NCBI GenBank assembly: GCA_963803575.1
Contig: CAWDMW010000002.1
Span: forward strand, 799,509-863,508
Reading direction: 5' to 3'
Length of the DNA stretch: 64,000 nucleotides
Origin: an uncultured Alphaproteobacteria bacterium
GTDB taxonomy: Bacteria; Pseudomonadota; Alphaproteobacteria; Rickettsiales; UBA998
Every line of letters starts with the position of its first letter. Position 1 is the stretch's first letter. Under the pieces are notes generated by a model that saw only the letters and a program-made list of their open reading frames with translations, had not been told where the DNA came from and did no database searches. Made by a program: the position numbers and the translations under genes. Of this stretch, positions 57,561 to 64,000 are shown one piece after another.

Positions 57561-59177
57561 GCTATCGTCTCCCCCGGTCTGGCATGGCTTAAGCGATGAT
57601 TCAGGTAAAGCACGGGCAAAATGCTCAGCGCAACCAGCCATAATGCGACTGGCGCAGCATGGGGTAACATATCATCCTTTGCCAATTCGTAAGCACGAAT
57701 GGCTAATGTGTTGACGTTGAAAGGGCGAAGTATCAACGTTGCAGGTAATTCTTTGAGCGTGTCAATAAAGACGAGCAACAATGCACTCACCGTGCTGGCC
57801 GTTAACATAGGCAGATGTACCCGCCAGACGGTTTGACGCGGCGAAGCACCGAGCAACGTTGCTGCTTCATCCAGTTGCGGAGTGATACGCGACAACCCTG
57901 CCTGCATGGTTTGAAAAGCAATGGTCAGGAATCGTAAGCTACATCCCCAAATCACACCAGCCATCGTACCAGTCAACAGGAACGGCACATAACGTTCCAG
58001 ATAAATAAAGATAAGCATGACCCCAATCGCAATCACAATCCCCGGCAACGCATACCCGCTGGTGCAAAGCGTAATGCTCAGGCGAAGTAAGGAAGATGGT
58101 GAGTGACGCATCAGATATGCACAGATGCTGCCCACTACCAGTGTAGTGATGGCGGTAAGTCCGGCAATGATAAAAGAGTAGCTGACAGCCTGTAGTGTGG
58201 TATCTGTCCATAATTGCGGCATGTGTGAAAGCGCCCATTGCAGCAACCTGATGCAGGGGATGATAAACCCACATAAAACAGGCACTAAGCATCCTGCCAG
58301 CATCAGCAATTGGGTGAGTGTACCAGTATGCCAACGTGTAAGCGGGTGATAAAGGGCGGTGTTGTTATGGTAATGTGCCTGCTGGCGATTGCATTTTTCC
58401 AGCCAGATCGCCGCCGCAATAATGATTAGCAACAGGGAAGCCATACGTGCGGCAGCAATAGGGTCATACATATGCGCCCATGCACGATACATGCCTGTGG
58501 TAAGTACGGGGACACCAAACAGAGACGCAACCCCAAAATCTGCCAGACTTTCCATCATCACTAAAGCACTACCTGCCATGATGGCAGGGCGTGCAAGCGG
58601 TATGGCCAGATGTGTGAATAATTGTCGCCGTGTTAGTCCAAGCATCGTAGCGGACTCAATGGTTTGGTGCGACAGCATCACGAAGGCTCCCCGTGCCAGC
58701 AGGTAGATATAGGGGTATAATGTGCAGGATAAGATGAAAATCACGCCACCCGTTGAGCGAATAGCCGGAAAGCCATACTCGCCGTAGGTGAGGCCAGACA
58801 TCTCACGCCACCATGTTTGTACGCTTCCTGCTTCCTCCAGCAAATAACCATACAGCATGGCTGCAATATAAGAGGGCATAGCTAGGGGTAAAATCATACT
58901 CCACGCGATCCATTTGCGCGCGGGAAAATGGTAAAACGCTGACCCACCATGCAGGTAACACACCCAGCACCATGCTGCATAATACGGTGCCGACAGTCAC
59001 ACTTATGCTACCTACGGTGTAGTCGGCCAGTAGACCATGTTGCGCTATGTAGGGTATATAGTCTGTGCCTGACACAAACCATGAAGGAAAAGGCAGTAAG
59101 ACAGGCAATGCCACTACTATAAACAGCAGTGAAGTAGCTAGTTGCCAGCGTGAAAAAGATGCGACTTGTAATGCCAT
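57554..59177 (-). pseudogene. fbpB: iron(III) ABC transporter permease (FbpB-like) interrupted by a frameshift near 58,940
   Basis: Two overlapping ORFs (58803-59177 and 57554-58963) together make one double-BPD permease. The N-terminal frame reads ...VLGVLPAWWVS and the other frame continues AFYHFPARKWIAWSMILPLAMPSYIAA, which is the expected continuous sequence. The shift maps to ...gtcagcgtttta... (about 58938-58943). Confidence 0.55.
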
Positions 59178-59195
59178 GACGGCTTTGGCGTTACG

Positions 59196-60236
59196 TTACT
59201 TCCAGCCAACCTTATCCATAATAGCAATCGCTTCGCGCTGTTTGGCTCCGATAAGGGCAAGGGGAGTCATATCTGGTTTAAATGTATCCCACGCTTTCAA
59301 TGTATCATTCAGTGGTACTTCTGGGTTAGCTGGATATTCAAAATTATGCTCCATCAGCATGGTTTGCGCTTTGGGAGCTGAAAGATATTCAAGCAGTTGT
59401 CGTGCTTCCTCAGGATGCTTGGCATGAGTCGTTACCCCGCCACCGCGAATATTAACGTGGGTTCCTATGCCGCTCTGGTTTGGAAAGATCATGCGGATGG
59501 TATCACGCACTTTTGCGTCACGCACTGTGTTATCTCCTGCAATCATCATCCCGTAATAATAGGTGTTGGCAACAGCTACATGCCCAACACCGGCAGCCAG
59601 CGCACGTATCTGGTCGCGATCACCGCCTTGTGGGTTGCGCGCCATGTTTTCCACCACACCCTGTGCCCATGCTGTAGCCTGTTCTTTACCAAAGTGATAA
59701 ATCATATAAGCCAGCAAAGACTGATTATAGACGTTATCTGAGGATCGTATCAGTACCCCATCCTGCCAGGCTTTTGCTGATAAGTCACGGTAGTCTAGTG
59801 TCGTAACATCACTATCATTGCGGACAAACATCACGCGTGCGCGCTGCGTCAACCCGTACCATGTCCCTGTATCAGAGCGCAGGTATGCAGGGATATGGGT
59901 GTTTAGTACGTCAGATGATACAGGAGCGAGCAATCCTTTTTGATCTGCTTGGTAAATGTTACCAATGTCCACGGTTAGCAGCACATCAGCGCGCGTACGT
60001 TCCCCTTCGCGCTCCAGCCGTGTGACTAACGCTGCTGCGTCACCGGTAATTAAATTGACATCTATACCCGTATCTTTAGTGAACGCATCCAGCACCGGAC
60101 GAATCAGATGTTCTTTTTGCGCAGAGTAAAGATTGACTTCTTTGGCTATGGCCATGTGTGCATTTAGCGACATCACCATAAAGGCGAAAAGCATCATTAA
60201 AACGAAGCGCGTGCGAAGTGAAAAACGTGGCAACAT
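59196..60236 (-). CDS. fbpA: iron(III) ABC transporter periplasmic binding protein (FbpA/AfuA-like)
   Basis: Signal peptide (start at M14, 60236), then KEVNLYSAQKEHLIRPVLDAFTKDTGIDVNLITGD...ADVLLTVD, as is typical of Fe3+-binding SBPs. Confidence 0.75.
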   Translation of the reverse strand: MLPRFSLRTRFVLMMLFAFMVMSLNAHMAIAKEVNLYSAQKEHLIRPVLDAFTKDTGIDVNLITGDAAALVTRLEREGERTRADVLLTVDIGNIYQADQKGLLAPVSSDVLNTHIPAYLRSDTGTWYGLTQRARVMFVRNDSDVTTLDYRDLSAKAWQDGVLIRSSDNVYNQSLLAYMIYHFGKEQATAWAQGVVENMARNPQGGDRDQIRALAAGVGHVAVANTYYYGMMIAGDNTVRDAKVRDTIRMIFPNQSGIGTHVNIRGGGVTTHAKHPEEARQLLEYLSAPKAQTMLMEHNFEYPANPEVPLNDTLKAWDTFKPDMTPLALIGAKQREAIAIMDKVGWK

Positions 60237-60306
60237 AAAGCGTATCCAGCAGTAAAATAACATGAGCTGGCACAATAATCACAATCCCTTATTGATGCAA
60301 CTGTTT

Positions 60307-60321
60307 ATGAGAATCGTTTGC
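60307..60321. promoter_or_regulatory. weak Fur-box-like element upstream of fbpA
   Basis: tATGAgAATCgTTtgC matches AATGATAATCATTATC at 11 of 16 positions, about 70 nt upstream of the fbpA start. Confidence 0.3.
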
Positions 60322-60360
60322 AGATGTTTGCAGTAGGTATGGGGTTGTTAAGTTAAGTGG

Positions 60361-61659
60361 TTATTCGAACATGCGAGGAGCAGTGGTCAGTTCTTGCATT
60401 GTTGTAGCTTGTATCTCTAACACTGACAGACCGCGGCTGATTTTACCATTTTCATGCAGTTTGAAAATCCCGTTTGCCGCACCTTCATATCCGCTTGCAC
60501 GCGTAAGTGTTTCTGGCGAGAAATTGTCGCCTATTGCCAATGTTGCTGCCAGTGCCACAGCATCGTAAGCAAGCGAAGCAATGCGTGGTGGAGTATAGTC
60601 ATTTGCCGCAGTAAAGCGTGACACAAAACCATTATACGGTACACGTGAGGTGCTGGCAAACCACGCGCCACGCAGTGCGTCTATTTCCATCAGTGCTGGA
60701 TCATCCCATAGCCCGGTACCTAAATATTTAACATTATCCCTGCCCAGGCGGAAAGCATCTAATCGTGTGACCATCTGATTTAGGCGCTCTCCCGTTTCAG
60801 CAATAAAGATCGCATCTATAGGGATGGGTTCGTTACGTGGCGTGGCTTCCGTTAAACGTTGTGCATAAATGCCAATATCTTCTGCTTCAATAGGGTAGGG
60901 AATTACACCCGCTAATTCCAGACCATGTAGCTTGGCATAATCACGCAGGGATTCCTCAACAATATCACCATAAGGATTGGACGGAATGAAGGCAGCAATA
61001 CGGCTGTAACCCTGACGATTAGCATAATCTACAACATGCTGCACTTGCTCATGTGGCATAAAGCCAAACAGGTAAACGCCTTTCGCAGCGACTTTGGCAT
61101 TGTTAGAAAAACTGATAACAGGAATGTTACGTTTGCGAGCAACTGGCGTGATCGCTTTCACAGAATGGCTAAAGAGGGGGCCTAATATCAAAGATGCTCC
61201 GTCATCCGCTGCTTCCTTTGCCATTTTCGCCGCACGTTTGGCTTCACCCCGTGTGTCTTTTGGCAATAAGGTGATGCGTGATTGACCCGCTTGCAGAGGG
61301 GTAGCCGCATATTTATCGAACAACCCAAGCATCGCTGCATCCAGCATTGCCTGACCTAAAGCTGAGGATTTCCCACTTAAGGGTAGCAGTAAAGCAATTT
61401 TGGTTTCTGGATGATTGCCTTGAGATGAAGCCACTGGCGCCTCTTGAACGGCAGAACGTGCAGGCTTCGCGCGTGAGCCAACAGGTGCTACACTGTAGGG
61501 ATGTGGCTGCACCTTGGGTGTATAAGGTGATGACTCGGGTGGTGGTGTGGTGACGCAGCCGGCAAGTAATAAGCTTAACATCATACATAGATAAATGCCT
61601 AGCCCGCGAACATGCGAACATGTGTTAAGATGGGCAGGCAATTTGACTTGTATCGTCAT
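60361..61659 (-). CDS. LpoA/LppC-like periplasmic-binding-fold lipoprotein (penicillin-binding protein activator family)
   Basis: Lipobox LLLAGC and a type-I periplasmic-binding-fold body. It is divergent from rsmI-yraN, the same neighbourhood as E. coli lpoA. The start may be M26 (61584). Confidence 0.6.
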   Translation of the reverse strand: MTIQVKLPAHLNTCSHVRGLGIYLCMMLSLLLAGCVTTPPPESSPYTPKVQPHPYSVAPVGSRAKPARSAVQEAPVASSQGNHPETKIALLLPLSGKSSALGQAMLDAAMLGLFDKYAATPLQAGQSRITLLPKDTRGEAKRAAKMAKEAADDGASLILGPLFSHSVKAITPVARKRNIPVISFSNNAKVAAKGVYLFGFMPHEQVQHVVDYANRQGYSRIAAFIPSNPYGDIVEESLRDYAKLHGLELAGVIPYPIEAEDIGIYAQRLTEATPRNEPIPIDAIFIAETGERLNQMVTRLDAFRLGRDNVKYLGTGLWDDPALMEIDALRGAWFASTSRVPYNGFVSRFTAANDYTPPRIASLAYDAVALAATLAIGDNFSPETLTRASGYEGAANGIFKLHENGKISRGLSVLEIQATTMQELTTAPRMFE

Positions 61660-61727
61660 GGCAATTCTCTATGCTTGAGGGCGAAAGTGAGAAGATACCT
61701 TAGCAAATACAGGGCAAAAGTAAATGA

Positions 61728-62579
61728 ATGTCTGATAGAAACGCGATGAATAGCGAAAAAGGTACGTTGTATGTGGTAGCTACGCCTATCGGCAATCTGG
61801 CAGACATTACGTTGCGCGCGCTTCAAACATTGCAGCAGGTGCAGCATATTGCCTGCGAAGATACACGCGTCACGCGCATTCTTTGTCAGCATCATCAGAT
61901 AGACACGCCCCTCACAGCGTACCATGAGCATAACGCTGACGCTGCCCTGCCGCGCATTACGGGGTGGTTGCAGCAAGGAGAATCTGTTGCGTTAGTGTCC
62001 GATGCTGGCACGCCGCTAATCTCTGACCCGGGGTATCGGTTGATTCAGGCATTGCAGTTAGAAAGCATAAGGGTGGTACCTATTCCTGGTGTGTCCAGCG
62101 TTACTTGTGCAGCCAGTGCAGCTGGGCTACCCACAGACCAGTTGCATTTCTCAGGGTTTTTGCCAACCAAAGCGCAAGCGCGTCTGACAAAACTGGAAGC
62201 ACTGAGTATGATAGATGCAACCCTCATTATGTTTGAATCGGCGAATCGCTTACCCGCAAGTCTTGGCGATATGGTGGCAGTGCTGGGTAACCGACAGGCC
62301 GTGATTGCACGCGAAATGACCAAATATTATGAAGAATTCCACCGTGGCACGCTTCAGGAGCTGGTTGAGCATTATGAGCAACATCCTCAGGTAAAAGGAG
62401 AAGTGGTGGTACTGTGCGCACCACCTGAAAAGGAGGTAGTACCAGTGCGGCATTATCAACCATTACTGGAAGCTTTACTGCCGCATCACTCGGTGAAACA
62501 CGCCGCTGCACTCATTGCAAACGCATCAGGATTGCCACGTAATGCTTTATATCAGTTAGCGCTAAGTTTGAAATCATGA
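61728..62579 (+). CDS. rsmI: 16S rRNA (cytidine1402-2'-O)-methyltransferase
   Basis: GTLYVVATPIGNLADITLRALQTLQQVQHIACEDTR...VSDAGTPLISDPG are tetrapyrrole-methylase-fold RsmI motifs. Confidence 0.9.
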   Translation: MSDRNAMNSEKGTLYVVATPIGNLADITLRALQTLQQVQHIACEDTRVTRILCQHHQIDTPLTAYHEHNADAALPRITGWLQQGESVALVSDAGTPLISDPGYRLIQALQLESIRVVPIPGVSSVTCAASAAGLPTDQLHFSGFLPTKAQARLTKLEALSMIDATLIMFESANRLPASLGDMVAVLGNRQAVIAREMTKYYEEFHRGTLQELVEHYEQHPQVKGEVVVLCAPPEKEVVPVRHYQPLLEALLPHHSVKHAAALIANASGLPRNALYQLALSLKS

Positions 62580-62947
62580 AAGTAGCCCGCTCAACGTATG
62601 ACACAGGCGTGAAAGCCGAAGCCGCAGCGGCTACGTTTCTGACAGGGCAGGGGATGGAGTTGTTAGAGCAACGCTGCCGCACGCCTTACGGGGAAATTGA
62701 TTTGGTTATGCGTGATGGTCAGGCGCTGGTATTTGTCGAAGTCAAAGCACGCACCACACAGGAAGAAGCCTTGCTTTCGATCCGCCCCCGCCAGCAACAA
62801 CGCATTATGGAAGCGGCATTGCATTATGTTTCCACGCTGGGTGATATGCAGCAGGATATGCGTTTTGATGTTATCGCTATCAGCCGTGACGGCCAGATAC
62901 AGCATCTCGCCCATGCGTGGGATGGTTCCTGTCTATCGTGCGGTTAG
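62576..62947 (+). CDS. yraN: YraN family (UPF0102) endonuclease-like protein
   Basis: GEIDLVMRDGQALVFVEVKAR...FDVIAI is the PD-(D/E)xK-like YraN pattern. 4-nt overlap with rsmI. Confidence 0.8.
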   Translation: MKVARSTYDTGVKAEAAAATFLTGQGMELLEQRCRTPYGEIDLVMRDGQALVFVEVKARTTQEEALLSIRPRQQQRIMEAALHYVSTLGDMQQDMRFDVIAISRDGQIQHLAHAWDGSCLSCG

Positions 62948-63058
62948 GCTGCTTTACGGGAACACGGGGTGTTATTTCTGTTTGTGCCTATGTTCACCAA
63001 GAGGCATGATAAATTAATAGACGTCTCACCAAAGGCATCTTTTTTGCCTTATAGTTTG

Positions 63059-63718
63059 CTATTCCGCGCTTTCCAGCTTTTGTTCGTACCATGTTTCACC
63101 AATGGCAATTTTTTCGCGGCCATTATGTTCTCGCCATGCGTTAGTGTCGCGTAAGGAATATATGCAGCCGCAATATTGTTGTGCGTAAAAGGATTCTTCC
63201 TTTGCCAAATCATACATTCTGGCACCACCTCCTTGCTTGCGCCAGTTATACGTCCAGTAGGTGATGTCATCGTAAGGTGCTGCTGCCCTCACGCCGCAAT
63301 CATTAATTTGTTCCATATTCTTCCAGCGCGAAATACCCAGAGAACTGGTAAACACACGAAAACCATGTTCATGGGCATAAAGTGCGGTGCGCATAAAGCG
63401 CATGTCAAAGCACATAGTGCAACGCACACCGCGTTCTGGTTCCTGCTCCATTCCCTTGGCACGCGAAAACCAGTCCTGTACGTCATAATCTGCATCCACA
63501 AACGGAATGCCTAACTTTTCAGCGTAACGCACATTTTCGTCTTTGCGTAACTTATATTCTTTCAGCGGGTGAATGTTTGGATTGTAAAAGAAAATCGTGA
63601 GATCGAGCCCGCTATCATGCATCCGCTCAATCAATGGCCCTGAACAGGGCGCACAGCAGGAGTGCAGCAAGATGGATGTTTCATCATCGGGTACGGAAAA
63701 ATCTGTATGTGTTTTCAT
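63059..63718 (-). CDS. queH: epoxyqueuosine reductase QueH (DUF208)
   Basis: [17 protein letters not shown]...FFYNPNIHP...CTMCFDMR...QQYCGC is the Cys pattern of QueH. Confidence 0.8.
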   Translation of the reverse strand: MKTHTDFSVPDDETSILLHSCCAPCSGPLIERMHDSGLDLTIFFYNPNIHPLKEYKLRKDENVRYAEKLGIPFVDADYDVQDWFSRAKGMEQEPERGVRCTMCFDMRFMRTALYAHEHGFRVFTSSLGISRWKNMEQINDCGVRAAAPYDDITYWTYNWRKQGGGARMYDLAKEESFYAQQYCGCIYSLRDTNAWREHNGREKIAIGETWYEQKLESAE

Positions 63719-63767
63719 GCTGGTTTATATAGCACTTTAGCGCACAAAAAACATCTGATTTGTCAGG

Positions 63768-64000
63768 TTACATCAACACAATACTTGCCAGTCCAAGGAA
63801 TGCCAAAAAGCCAAATATATCTGTTAGCATGGTCAGAAACACCCCTGATGCAATGGCAGGATCAATCCCGATACGTTGCAACAGAAAGGGCAGGCCTGCA
63901 CCGGACAAACCCGCAATAATCATCGTCATCACGGTTGCCGCAGCAAAGACTCCGGCAATGTGTGGATCCTGATAGATGAGCAAGATTCCCAGTCCTGTAA
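63768..64000 (-). CDS. mgtE: magnesium transporter MgtE, C-terminal part (5' end outside the window)
   Basis: GLPFLLQRIGIDPAIASGVFLTMLTDIFGFLAFLGLASIVLM is the MgtE C-terminal TM domain. The ORF is still open at the window edge. Confidence 0.8.
   Translation of the reverse strand, partial: TGLGILLIYQDPHIAGVFAAATVMTMIIAGLSGAGLPFLLQRIGIDPAIASGVFLTMLTDIFGFLAFLGLASIVLM

Noticed and set aside
1-64000. CRISPR arrays, rRNA genes, IS elements or transposases, toxin-antitoxin pairs, and known defence-system genes
   Set aside because: I looked for regularly spaced direct repeats, rRNA-like sequence, DDE/IS terminal inverted repeats and typical defence domains among all ORFs. None was seen apart from the recombinase fragment at the left edge.

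Overview
Gene-dense 64-kb chromosomal window with about 62 protein genes and 2 tRNAs. I saw no rRNA and no CRISPR array. Most of it is housekeeping backbone with an alphaproteobacterial flavour: the hisS-prfA-prmC-DUF4167 operon, DUF484-xerC, xerD, split glyQ/glyS, nadD-rsfS/rlmH, lpoA-like/rsmI/yraN, polA, metK, and a flgD-flgE-orf-flgK-flgL hook operon behind a sigma54-type promoter. The taxonomic call is inference only; no search was run. Transport and metabolism modules include an OMF-MFP-RND efflux operon, a GH65 phosphorylase/beta-phosphoglucomutase/MFS sugar module, a Na:alanine symporter and an fbpABC-like iron(III) ABC system whose permease is frameshifted. The left edge carries the 3' end of a large serine recombinase gene that runs antisense through tRNA-Leu(UAA), probably the boundary of an integrated element lying mostly outside the window. 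The best candidate for an undescribed system is at 5.06-11.86 kb. It is a same-strand, tightly packed array: PAS-PAS histidine kinase, REC, REC, sensorless kinase core, REC, sensorless kinase core, REC-GGDEF, REC, preceded by two unknown small proteins. The layout suggests a multi-tier kinase cascade ending in c-di-GMP synthesis. Other accessory-looking, visibly AT-richer insertions are an orphan VirB2/TrbC-like pilin gene splitting rsfS from rlmH, an unknown 179-aa protein next to a small K+-channel-like gene, a membrane-anchored 352-aa coiled-coil protein bracketed by stacked palindromes, and a small secreted protein beside the flagellar operon. All functional calls come from reading the translated ORFs and motifs by eye. 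No database search or computation was possible.
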